Shown: in pieces, positions 8,238-17,803 of the stretch
How the letters are laid out: the number at the start of each line of letters is the position of its first letter
Numbering within the stretch: the stretch's first letter is position 1
Origin: Kiritimatiellia bacterium
GTDB taxonomy: Bacteria > Verrucomicrobiota > Kiritimatiellia > RFP12 > UBA1067
Assembly (NCBI GenBank): GCA_045537795.1
Contig: JAZSQE010000053.1
Span: 11,805 to 75,804, forward strand
Direction of reading: 5' to 3'
DNA length: 64,000 nucleotides
Notes under the pieces: generated by a model
Told to the model about the DNA's origin: nothing
Seen by the model: the letters and a program-made list of their open reading frames with translations, nothing else
The model's database searches: none
Translations under genes and position numbers: made by a program

Positions 8238-9680
8238 TTATTTCACTTCGCCGATCTGCATCACCCAGATATCCCAAACGAGACCGCGGTTGGAGCGGAA
8301 GAACACCGTCTTACCATCCGGCGCGAAAACAGGCTTGTCGTCGCAAGAACCGTTGGTGGTGAGCTGCGTAAGGCCGTCGCCGTCAGCGCCCATCACCCAA
8401 ATATCATAATTCTTTTTACCTTTAATCGTGCCGCGATTCGAGGCGAAAACGATCTTCTTGCCGTCGACCGACCAACGCGCATCAATGTCGTTAAATTCCC
8501 CCGCGCCCATCGAAAGCTGGGTCGGATTGCCGCCGTCCGCATCACACACCCATATTTTGGCCTGATTCTTGTCTCGATTTCCCTTGATGAAAAGAAGCTT
8601 CTTTCCGTCAGGGCTCCACTGGGGTGCATACCCTTCGCGCAACTGACTGGGAAGTCCGCGTTCTTTGATGGGAAGCGACCAGAGATATGCCGGATTGGGC
8701 GTTCCCGGAAGCACAGCCGCAAACAGAAGATCGTTTCCGTTCGGATGCAAAGCGGGAGAATAATCTGCGGTGTTCGCCTGATTGACTGTCGCGATGCCGC
8801 TCTTCTTCTCCATGTTCAAACGGCAAACGGAAAGTTTCCCGTTGCGCGTTGTGCCGAAATAAAGCATCTTTCCGTCAAATGCGGCATTCGGTGTGATATC
8901 ATGGAAATTGCCTGTCGTCACCGCCGCTCGCGGCGCGCCCGCGATTGAAGTATTCATCTTCCAGATATTGGATCGATATTCCAGCTTGGCACCATCCATA
9001 TATTCTTCGATAATCGACACAACCATGGTTTTCCCGTCAGGCAACAAGCTGAAATCCTGAATGTATTCAGTCTGCGGCGCAGAGGTAACTCGCTTGACCG
9101 AAGAAACGTTCGGAGAGTTTTCGCCAACTTCCGTATCGGAGAAGATAGGCGTCGTACGGATACTCACGCCGTTCTGTGTCGGCATCAGTTCAAGAAGTCG
9201 GCGTCCGGAACCGTCCTGATCCATAACAAGATTGATATCTGTGGGCGTTTCAGGATTCGGAGTCATCTTTGCTTCGAGCCAACCTTGTTTCTTGACCGAC
9301 ACGACCGAACTGCCGCTGTCATTGACTGCAACGCCTTTGAGCGGCGTCTTGCCTTTTGCTTCACCATCGACATAAACTGTCGCACCCTGTTCGTTGGCCG
9401 TGACATTAAACTTTCTATCAAGATTTACATCAATCGTTGCGGGCGTTGCAAACGAGAGCCTGACAGACTTCTGCGCATAGCCATCCTTTGAAACAGTTAT
9501 GTTTTTACCGTTTGTAAACCACCAGTTCCAAAACCAGGTGTCAACTTGCGCAGGAGCAGAACTTGTTATTTGATCATGTTTAACACTGGCACCAGGGATA
9601 CTGGTTACAGTTGTCGTCTTGCAGCCCGCCACCGCCAATAGCAGAGATGCCGCGCCAATTCCGATTTTCATCGACTTCAT
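8238..9680 (-). CDS. Lipoprotein with an N-terminal PEGA domain and a TolB-like (PD40) beta-propeller
   Basis: Lipobox VAGC. VDVNLDRKFNVTANEQGATVYVDGEAKGKTP is PEGA-like. Repeated SPDGKKLLF / DGKKIVFASNR / FAPDGKTVFFRSNRG...IWVM units are PD40-like. Confidence 0.75.
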   Translation of the reverse strand: MKSMKIGIGAASLLLAVAGCKTTTVTSIPGASVKHDQITSSAPAQVDTWFWNWWFTNGKNITVSKDGYAQKSVRLSFATPATIDVNLDRKFNVTANEQGATVYVDGEAKGKTPLKGVAVNDSGSSVVSVKKQGWLEAKMTPNPETPTDINLVMDQDGSGRRLLELMPTQNGVSIRTTPIFSDTEVGENSPNVSSVKRVTSAPQTEYIQDFSLLPDGKTMVVSIIEEYMDGAKLEYRSNIWKMNTSIAGAPRAAVTTGNFHDITPNAAFDGKMLYFGTTRNGKLSVCRLNMEKKSGIATVNQANTADYSPALHPNGNDLLFAAVLPGTPNPAYLWSLPIKERGLPSQLREGYAPQWSPDGKKLLFIKGNRDKNQAKIWVCDADGGNPTQLSMGAGEFNDIDARWSVDGKKIVFASNRGTIKGKKNYDIWVMGADGDGLTQLTTNGSCDDKPVFAPDGKTVFFRSNRGLVWDIWVMQIGEVK

Positions 9681-9870
9681 CTTTTATCTCCATTTCTTTT
9701 GGAGACAAAAGAGCGGGCGTGCCTCCTTCACCCGTGCTCTCTGATGAGGCCGACCAAAGCCCTTAGGGAAAGCATGAGTGCAAGATGACACGCCCGGCAC
9801 ATGTGTGTGCCATACAGCGCGCCCCTCGCAAGACATGTCGTTCCCTGATAAATTTTGGTCGTTTCATCAG

Positions 9871-10012
9871 AACGAGCAAGTCCGCGTGGTTACGCGATCT
9901 TTATATCTGTCCGCTCAGGGGGTGGCGAGAGCTTCTTTCAAGATCGCCGCAGTCCTTCGCTTGACGTCAAGTATTATAGCAAAATTATATTGTTTTGTGT
10001 CGCCACCTTCTC
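9871..10012 (+). repeat. 142-bp repeat copy A (97% identical to 30553..30694)
   Basis: Direct alignment by eye gives 4 mismatches in 142 bp. Contains a cgcg-tggtta-cgcg hairpin, the inverted 8-mers ggtggcga/tcgccacc, and the 12-bp palindrome cttgacgtcaag. Confidence 0.85.
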
Positions 10013-10182
10013 GGAGCGACTTATAAACCTCTGCGTATTTGAGCCTCTGTGTTAAAAACAAAAATTTGCCAAAAATTATAGAATCGACTTGCAGTAACTT
10101 TCAGAACTTGCGTTTAGTTTTGGACATAACGAAATAAATTTGGAAAGTTCTACAATGTCGTGAGTCAAACCGGAAAGCAAGA

Positions 10183-10838
10183 TTATCGCGGTAGAGAGAG
10201 GGATCGGGCGACATCCGGCACCGCCGCAAGCAGAAGTTTTGTGTATTCGGATTTCGGATTGCCGAACACTTCCGCCGGAACACCGGTTTCCACAAACTCG
10301 CCGCGACGCATTACACATACGTGGTCGCACACATTCTTCACCACCGCCAGATCGTGCGCTATGAGCAGAATAGCAAGACCCAATTCATGGCGCAGATCGC
10401 GAAGCAGGGTGAGAATACGGACCTGCACACTGACATCGAGCACGCTGACCGGTTCGTCCGCTATCAACGCTTCCGGTTCGCAGGCCAAGGCTCTGGCTAT
10501 GCTTACCCGCTGACACTGCCCCCCCCCGACATCTCACGCGGATACTGGTCCAGCACCGATTTGCTCAACCCCACCAGATCCATGAGCTCTTCAAGACTAC
10601 GGCGGCATTCCGCGCCCATTCTCCGCCGGATTGCGCACACCTCATTCACCGCTTGCCTCACGGTCTTGCGGGGATTGAGCGAACCGGCAGCATCCTGAAA
10701 CACCATCTGCACCGACCGCGCTCTCGCGACGGCATGATCATCCACCACCAGCGCCTCAACAACACCTGTTGGCGACCAGCAATACATTTGACGAGTGCGT
10801 TCCATTTTCTTGACTATGAAATTCACCTCGCGAACCAT
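10183..10838 (-). pseudogene. Oligopeptide/dipeptide-type ABC transporter ATP-binding protein (OppF/DppF-like), 5'-truncated and frameshifted
   Basis: Fragments [27 protein letters not shown] and [14 protein letters not shown]...LIAHDLAVV are typical of this family. There is no Walker A. The frame breaks in a C9 run (10519-10527), and the N-terminal end is replaced by AT-rich island sequence. Confidence 0.75.
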
Positions 10839-13132
10839 TTATGCACACGCTTTCCCATCCTATAGCACATCTTCTTCAGCATTACTTTAAAAGCATAAAA
10901 GTAACCATGAGGAGCTAAGACTTTAGATGTCGCAAAAATCAAAACATCATGAACATTAGCGACACCCAAAAACTTAATTCTGTCTTCAAATGTCAGTTGA
11001 TTAAATGTGCAGTCTTTTGCCAACGAGTGTCCTTCCGAGTTCAGACAGTTAAGATCAACCCCACGACCTTCATATCGTTTTTTATCAGCATCATCCAGCA
11101 AAACCCGACCCAATAATTTATGAAAGAAGCACCCATTTTCATCAACAACCCAACCCCTTTTCGAAAAATCAGAAATTATCCCCTCAAAGCTTCTAAGCCA
11201 AGTTACCGAATGTGTCATCACGGGGATAAAATCATTTAACATTGATTCGTCCATTTTCTTTACCGCATGCTTAAAGTCCTCCATAATACCATATTCAATA
11301 TCATAGTCATGTTGCGTCAGATATCGCCGCTTCGGCAAATACGAGCAGAAAACAGCATCACAACTATCAACCACATGATGTGCGACAACAAACATCAAAT
11401 GATTTAAATCAACTTCCTCTATCTTAGTCCGAAGCTCAAAAACTGCAATTTCTGGATCTTGGCTATTAAGCTGTCCCTGCTCTATCAATTCCGCATACCT
11501 ATCTCTACGATTTGCATCATCATTTTCAAAACGCTGTTTCAATGACTCCAACACGAGTCTTCGGGGAGAATCATAGTTCCATGATTCGGTTCCTGTGAGA
11601 TATCGAACTGCAGGTGTGATTGTCACCAAACACTGCCCTTTCCCTCGAACCATAGGATCCCATTCATTAATTTCCAACCCTGTATTCGCTATAAGGTACA
11701 ACGAGTGTAAACAATCACTCTTATATTGTAATTCAAGCACACCATACCATGTTGACGAATCCCCACAGGTTACACGTGTTTGTGTGACACATTTAACATC
11801 ATTTATCTTATAACGAAACTGCTTGCGATCTTCTTTCTCATGATATTCAGACTCAATCAAGAGTCGTGAAATTGGTTGTCGCTGATTCCACTGCAAATAC
11901 TGGCAAACTACCCCAGCTGGATTTTTATAAAACACATCTTGATTCACAATAAACTTCTTTGGATACCCAGATGACAAAACTGATACATGCTCATCAAAGC
12001 CACGAAGTGGTTCATAGGATATCCGTTCTCTAACTCCCATTTTCGACATTGACTCCACCTCTACCGTAATCGTTCTTCTCTGAATAGCCAACCTCGGCTC
12101 ATTATGAACAGGCCGTTCCTGAGATAATAATGTGGCACGAAGTGGCATACACCCTTCGCAAACATATTCATCAATGGAATATGAACGTGAAAGTGCCGAA
12201 AGCCACACAACCATTCCGTCATCAACAACATTTAATGGCATTCGTTTATAATGAGTCAGTTCATGATGTTGATAATAATGAGTCGCAATGGCAACATCAT
12301 ATTTTGGTTGTCTATCCTGTTCTCGTTGTAAAACAATCTTATTAGCATTCCCACTTCGGTCATCTTTTCCATATCGCAACCTTAAATGCAATTCATTTTC
12401 ATCGGAAGTTCCTACTATAAACAATTGAAGTCCTCGACATTCACGAACCTTTCGCATACCATCCAAAATCAATTCGGATAATTTTTGATCATTCGCTCCT
12501 ACAAAAAGGACTGACACCCAATCCCCATTAACACGATGCGTTGAGAACCATCTTGAAAATTTGTCGCTAATTCGTTTGGCGATTTCTTCCTTTATTAATG
12601 AATCAATGTTAGCATCTATACCTCTACCAGGAGTGCATTTCCCCATCCCAGACATCCTCCATCCATGGAGATCACCAAGGAACTCAACCGTATTCCATAA
12701 AATAAATGAATTCCCCAGTGCCTCTTTTAGCCCAATTTCAGCACTATCACTTATTTCCCAGGGCACACGTAAGGACAATGCTGCACACAACTTACTGTTA
12801 AACCACTTGTTCGGCCATCGGCCTAACATATCGGCCAATATGAAACGAAAATCATCTAATTTTCTATCCCACTCATATCCCGATGGATCAAAGGCTTCTG
12901 CCTTTTGTTTAACTTTCTCCACAAGTTTAATAATCGACACAAGCTGTTTACCAAAAATAACGACTCCATGTCGTCGCAAAAGTAGTAGAATAAGGTACAT
13001 TAATCCCAAAGAGCCTATCAATAATACTCCGCACTTCGCGAATAGCGAAGATAGTTGAATAATGGTAAGTGGAGTCTGCAATGCAGATACAACACTGGCC
13101 CAAAATAGAACTGCTTCTTTGTTGATTCTCAT
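10823..13132 (-). CDS. Hypothetical membrane-anchored protein (769 aa; 2 N-terminal TM helices, large soluble domain)
   Basis: Last gene of the island II operon. VSVLFVGANDQKLSELILDGMRKVRECRGLQLFIVGTSDE faintly resembles a GT-B Rossmann half, but this is not established. Confidence 0.5.
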   Translation of the reverse strand: MRINKEAVLFWASVVSALQTPLTIIQLSSLFAKCGVLLIGSLGLMYLILLLLRRHGVVIFGKQLVSIIKLVEKVKQKAEAFDPSGYEWDRKLDDFRFILADMLGRWPNKWFNSKLCAALSLRVPWEISDSAEIGLKEALGNSFILWNTVEFLGDLHGWRMSGMGKCTPGRGIDANIDSLIKEEIAKRISDKFSRWFSTHRVNGDWVSVLFVGANDQKLSELILDGMRKVRECRGLQLFIVGTSDENELHLRLRYGKDDRSGNANKIVLQREQDRQPKYDVAIATHYYQHHELTHYKRMPLNVVDDGMVVWLSALSRSYSIDEYVCEGCMPLRATLLSQERPVHNEPRLAIQRRTITVEVESMSKMGVRERISYEPLRGFDEHVSVLSSGYPKKFIVNQDVFYKNPAGVVCQYLQWNQRQPISRLLIESEYHEKEDRKQFRYKINDVKCVTQTRVTCGDSSTWYGVLELQYKSDCLHSLYLIANTGLEINEWDPMVRGKGQCLVTITPAVRYLTGTESWNYDSPRRLVLESLKQRFENDDANRRDRYAELIEQGQLNSQDPEIAVFELRTKIEEVDLNHLMFVVAHHVVDSCDAVFCSYLPKRRYLTQHDYDIEYGIMEDFKHAVKKMDESMLNDFIPVMTHSVTWLRSFEGIISDFSKRGWVVDENGCFFHKLLGRVLLDDADKKRYEGRGVDLNCLNSEGHSLAKDCTFNQLTFEDRIKFLGVANVHDVLIFATSKVLAPHGYFYAFKVMLKKMCYRMGKRVHKWFAR

Positions 13133-14347
13133 TTACTCTCCCATCAAGAACGTCAACACATGCTCCACTTCATGATACGCGCTTTTCCAACAGTTGGCTT
13201 TACATGCGATGTTGTCATCATTCGACAATACATATCCATCCGGCGAAAGCCCCTCGCGGATTCCGTGGCAAGCACGGGTACGATCTATATAATCGCAAGA
13301 GAACCACGCCGCAACGCCCTGTTTCAGCAATGGAATCAGCTCTGGATAATCATGCGCATAAAGATATATGGTTTGATCAATCAAGACATGCCGCCACCAC
13401 TGAAGATTCTGTTTCTGGAAAGTCGTGGGAGAATGGTCAAAATCAGTAAGCCAACCGATTCCGGGACGTGCAGCGGCTTTTACTATTTCCGGATAACCAG
13501 CTGTTACGGTCTCATACATCGTCGGCATTCCCCATGAGCAAAACAAGTCATTTGCCTTGTAGAGGATACCGTATGCCTTGGATGTATGACCTAAATCCGT
13601 ATGCTTCGCCTGCCAATCCGAACGATTTCCTTTCTCGTTCCAGAATATTCCATTTCCATAAAACTCATCGACCAAGAGTTTTACCCACTTCACAAGGAGA
13701 TTTTTCCGTTCAATCGTCAGTTCGTCAGACGGCGTCACGCGCAACGCAGGGATTAGAATGGCATTGAGAAAATCCAATACGGACACGATGTTCATTGTCT
13801 TGGTTTCAAAGCAAACCTCATTCTTCAAATCTGATGCAAGCGAATCCGTGTAAACATTCTCTCCTTTCAAATACGGACCAGCGTCAATAAAAGAAATGAA
13901 CGACCATATCTTATTGAAATATTCCCTATTGCCAGTCACCCGATACGCCATGACATACGGGAAAGCCGAATAGCATTGATCCTGTATTGAGATTGGCGTA
14001 TCTCTTGGCTTGCCGTCAAAGGAGAACGTTGAGAAATATCCCCCCAAAGGGTTCTCGTAGGCCTCTAACCTTTTCAGTCCAGACAAACCATACGACAACA
14101 GATCTTCTCTTCGAAGCATCAAATATGCAGCGAGATAACCATAAGTCTGCCGCCCATGCATACGGACATAAATTGGCTCGGAATAATCGGGCACTCCCGA
14201 TTGCGAAGCATACGTCGGGAACAATCCAATTGGATTCCCCAACATAGATGGCTGCATCCAGAACAGCAGAATATCGTTGGTGAGATGTTCTCTCATCAAC
14301 GGTTCTATCCATGCCTTAAATTCGTTCATCGGTGAATTGTTTTTCAT
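13133..14347 (-). CDS. AGE (N-acylglucosamine 2-epimerase)-like (alpha/alpha)6-barrel protein, cytoplasmic (404 aa)
   Basis: HTDLGHTSKAYGIL resembles the AGE HxEPGHxxE motif; YRVTGNREYFNKI resembles the LYxxTGDxxYL motif. No signal peptide. Assignment is tentative. Confidence 0.4.
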   Translation of the reverse strand: MKNNSPMNEFKAWIEPLMREHLTNDILLFWMQPSMLGNPIGLFPTYASQSGVPDYSEPIYVRMHGRQTYGYLAAYLMLRREDLLSYGLSGLKRLEAYENPLGGYFSTFSFDGKPRDTPISIQDQCYSAFPYVMAYRVTGNREYFNKIWSFISFIDAGPYLKGENVYTDSLASDLKNEVCFETKTMNIVSVLDFLNAILIPALRVTPSDELTIERKNLLVKWVKLLVDEFYGNGIFWNEKGNRSDWQAKHTDLGHTSKAYGILYKANDLFCSWGMPTMYETVTAGYPEIVKAAARPGIGWLTDFDHSPTTFQKQNLQWWRHVLIDQTIYLYAHDYPELIPLLKQGVAAWFSCDYIDRTRACHGIREGLSPDGYVLSNDDNIACKANCWKSAYHEVEHVLTFLMGE

Positions 14348-14400
14348 CTATTTCCTTTGCATGAATGTCATGAAGCTCTCGCCAAAGCATAGAGGAACCA

Positions 14401-15525
14401 CTATGAGTTCTTTCGACCTTCACATTCAACAAGTTTCTCCTCTACGCCCTTAAACCTCGCGGTAGATAAATCAAAAGAAAAAGTGACGAGTGGTTTCCCA
14501 TTCTCAAGACGGACAAATTTTCGCTTGCCCTTCTTTACTAGTTGTTTAAGCATCTCATCATTATACGTCTGTTTTGTTATGGCCTTATAGAGGTTCTTAA
14601 ACGTAGTAACATGCAAAATTTCATCATGGTCTTTTGCAAACATCTTGCCATCGCCAACAGAGAAGACTCGTTCCAATACTGCACGATCCATCTTTCCATC
14701 CTTGGCGAAATGAAGATCATTATACCGCGCAAAGAATATGTAAAAGAGATAATAACAAGAACCTTGTTTAGACAGTGCCGTCCCATATTCATCAATCGAT
14801 GTCGGAGCAAGGGGGACTTCTCGTTGATAGCAATCAAGTTTATCAAACTTGGCTTCATAGTGGCGTGGCACAGGGCTAAAAGAAACAAATGTGAATCTTG
14901 GTTCATCCTTGCCAGCCGACGAATGTTGGTCAGGCATTCTCAAAATAACCGGGACGTTCCCATCTGCATCAATCGGAACATAAAGAACTTGTAATATACA
15001 CTTGTCCTTTTTATTCTCATTTTTGAGTGGGACACACTCGAAACTAGACATGATACTTGCGTCAGCGAAAAACTGCTCAGCAGATAAATAGTTCCCATCC
15101 TGGGCTGCATGAATAACAACAGGATCCGATGAACTCAAGTTCTTGATGTCTATGTTATAACGACTACACAATAAGTTTTGAATACCTGGAGCAGCAATAT
15201 CTGAGCAATACTTGTAATCCACCTGGGTGGCCCTTTTTGCCGCGCTGTCTAACACATCTTTCTGTTTCCGTGCCATATAACGAGATATCGCATAAATAAC
15301 TAATGTTGACAGACCAACAATCCCCCCAACATATAGAATCAGCAACGAGAGCGAAATATGTCCTTGCCAATATGACTTTATTAATCTACAAGCCTCAAAC
15401 AAGAGGGCGAATATAGACACTAGATTTGCAAATCGAGAAAGCGATATGTCAAATTGCTTAACAGTCATAAGACTCTCCTTATTTTCTGTGCATGAAGTCG
15501 TAGAACAACGCGGCAAGGAAACCAA
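14401..15525 (-). CDS. Hypothetical protein with 2 N-terminal TM helices (about 355-374 aa; the start is probably the internal Met of MTVKQFD at 15468)
   Basis: ORF in the island II operon; the soluble C-terminal domain has no recognised motifs. Confidence 0.45.
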   Translation of the reverse strand: MVSLPRCSTTSCTENKESLMTVKQFDISLSRFANLVSIFALLFEACRLIKSYWQGHISLSLLILYVGGIVGLSTLVIYAISRYMARKQKDVLDSAAKRATQVDYKYCSDIAAPGIQNLLCSRYNIDIKNLSSSDPVVIHAAQDGNYLSAEQFFADASIMSSFECVPLKNENKKDKCILQVLYVPIDADGNVPVILRMPDQHSSAGKDEPRFTFVSFSPVPRHYEAKFDKLDCYQREVPLAPTSIDEYGTALSKQGSCYYLFYIFFARYNDLHFAKDGKMDRAVLERVFSVGDGKMFAKDHDEILHVTTFKNLYKAITKQTYNDEMLKQLVKKGKRKFVRLENGKPLVTFSFDLSTARFKGVEEKLVECEGRKNS

Positions 15526-17782
15526 TATGGATCAATGCCAATTGGCGCATCGCTTGAACCACAGTGGTTACTAACTGCACTGCCTCTTTAGGATCAAAGC
15601 CTTGCCCCCAAATCTTCGGCACCGTACCATTCCATGTACGCGATAGAAGTTTCTCAATGCCCATATCTGGCTGCGTAGAAAACAGTAATTCATACATCTT
15701 AGACAAAACAAAACTATATTCGGCCTTGGGATCAATTATGGCGTGATAATACCAAACAAAAACCCCAACAAACAAAGCAAAACTAAGACAGAAGTTAAGT
15801 TTGCCGCGTACAGCCCACTCGGGGAAAGCCAACAAATTACGCGGAACTGGGGACAACAATAATCGATGCATATACCTTGACTGGCGCGATAAAAAAGCAG
15901 CCTCTTCATTTCGACCGCGCGACCTCAAAAGTTCAGAAAGGGTACCACATATAGCCGACATTCCACTCTCAAACATCTCTTCTCTTACTGCGCCATTCGA
16001 CGACCGGCAAATCTGCCACAAGGAATTATGGAGATCCACCCACCGATCTTCCATGTCCAATCGCGCTCGGACGCCCGGAAACTCACATTCTGCCAACACT
16101 TCGCAATAATGGCGCAACCCCAACGCTTCAATGGACAATGCAGGCGTTTTGTGCCCAAGCAACTCGTAAGCACATGTGGACAACACCGCTGCACGAATGG
16201 CATCTTCTATACTTTTACCTCTATCCTTAATCGTACGAGCACGGTCAATCAAATCTGTCGCTACATCCAACGTCATACCATATGCAGAATGATTCGAATC
16301 AGGAACTTCTGTTCCTGTTATGGTCGGCATCATTCCTTTTAGCGCATTATGAAAGATATGCGAAATCATTTGAGCATTTAATTGCCCGTCGAAATGGCAA
16401 CCATTAGGTAATCCACATTGGTTTCGCAATCCAAATATTCCTCCGAGCGGCTTGCCAACAAGACACCAGTAACGTGTTTTGCTTGATTGAATCTGATGTT
16501 GCGGAAAGTGATTTGTGTACAGTTTTGGACAAAATCGCCACTGAGAACGAATTTTAAAAAATGTCTGAACACGAGAATGATGACCAAACAAAAACAACAT
16601 TCCCTTTACAATTATGTTACGACACAATCCAAATGCGCCAAAAATTAGGAACAACGATGGTATAAACATTATTGGCATGTAAATCAGAAGCCACACCAAA
16701 GCCCACACAATAAATGCGCATTTAACTATATTCCAGACCCAAACATCAGCTAATCCACCAGCGAAAAGGTTAAAAGCCTGCCGACGTGCCTTTTCAACCG
16801 CACTTTGGATAGGCTTCATCTTTGTTTGCCTAAGGTCTTTAACATCTGCTCCACGAAACCACGAATCCGCAGTAATGGATATTTGCGCTTTGCGACTTGA
16901 ATCAGGTGCGCCTTTATCATGTTTCCGAGCAATCTTCTCTTCTGAACCTGCCGCTGTCGCCAATACGCGCAAATTGGCACTCTTCAGTAAAGGCCAGACA
17001 TTATCACGCCCATCACCCAAGAGATGCGCCTTGTTCTGCCTTTGAGTCAAATCAGGAAATTCAATATATCCATCCTCAAAAACAATCAACGATGAATCGG
17101 AAGACACTGTTGCTCTCGCAAACGATGGCAACTTCGTCTTATCACTGACAGATAACACTTGTTCCGCCAATCGTGCCGTAGAAACGGGATACACTCGATA
17201 GCCAAAGCGAAACGCCGTATAGGCAGCTAACTCTGCGAAGTGCTTTTCCTCATCAATCGATACCGCAACATCATCTCGATTATAAGGGTAAGCGCTATTT
17301 GTTTTGTGGGTTCTAATTAATTTACTACGAACACCCATCCCATCAAATATTGGATTAAAACCACCTAATGCCAATTCCACTGCGAGTTTTACATGTTCCC
17401 TAGAAATCTGATCTTCTCCCTTAAACACTGGTACCCAAAGGACATCGGGGAATGCCAAAATCAAAAGTCCCTGCACAGATTGCAAAGATGGCATTTCACT
17501 AAGATCATTCCAAAGCCGTGCATCTAGAATCGCAACAAATCGATCAGAAGGATTGACATCCCCTATTGCCGCACCTAAAATCTCAGCAATTTCATGAAAC
17601 GATTCCCGAACATCCCCCATAAACCTTGTAGGTGTCAACGACAGCTGGGGAATGATTCTCTGTTCAATTGACACAGAAGGGATGCTCTCCTTCAAACAAT
17701 TATATTGAGCATCAATCCATTGCCGACACAGTTCATTAGTGCCGCATGATTCCCTATCTGCTATCACCCAGCAATGCACCAT
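15479..17782 (-). CDS. Hypothetical large membrane protein (767 aa; about 340-aa N-terminal soluble domain, central TM bundle, alpha-rich C-terminal domain)
   Basis: Long ORF in the island II operon. Hydrophobic segment VWVWNIVKCAFIVWALVWLLIYMPIMFIPSLFLIFGAFGL. Confidence 0.5.
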   Translation of the reverse strand: MVHCWVIADRESCGTNELCRQWIDAQYNCLKESIPSVSIEQRIIPQLSLTPTRFMGDVRESFHEIAEILGAAIGDVNPSDRFVAILDARLWNDLSEMPSLQSVQGLLILAFPDVLWVPVFKGEDQISREHVKLAVELALGGFNPIFDGMGVRSKLIRTHKTNSAYPYNRDDVAVSIDEEKHFAELAAYTAFRFGYRVYPVSTARLAEQVLSVSDKTKLPSFARATVSSDSSLIVFEDGYIEFPDLTQRQNKAHLLGDGRDNVWPLLKSANLRVLATAAGSEEKIARKHDKGAPDSSRKAQISITADSWFRGADVKDLRQTKMKPIQSAVEKARRQAFNLFAGGLADVWVWNIVKCAFIVWALVWLLIYMPIMFIPSLFLIFGAFGLCRNIIVKGMLFLFGHHSRVQTFFKIRSQWRFCPKLYTNHFPQHQIQSSKTRYWCLVGKPLGGIFGLRNQCGLPNGCHFDGQLNAQMISHIFHNALKGMMPTITGTEVPDSNHSAYGMTLDVATDLIDRARTIKDRGKSIEDAIRAAVLSTCAYELLGHKTPALSIEALGLRHYCEVLAECEFPGVRARLDMEDRWVDLHNSLWQICRSSNGAVREEMFESGMSAICGTLSELLRSRGRNEEAAFLSRQSRYMHRLLLSPVPRNLLAFPEWAVRGKLNFCLSFALFVGVFVWYYHAIIDPKAEYSFVLSKMYELLFSTQPDMGIEKLLSRTWNGTVPKIWGQGFDPKEAVQLVTTVVQAMRQLALIHIGFLAALFYDFMHRK

Positions 17783-17803
17783 TGCCTCACCTCAACTTTC
17801 TAC

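Noticed and set aside
9871-10012. Considered the 142-bp repeat as a tRNA/tmRNA-derived att site or a MITE
   Set aside because: No cloverleaf can be drawn. There are no terminal inverted repeats, no target-site duplication and no integrase or transposase between the copies. It is kept as an unexplained structured repeat.
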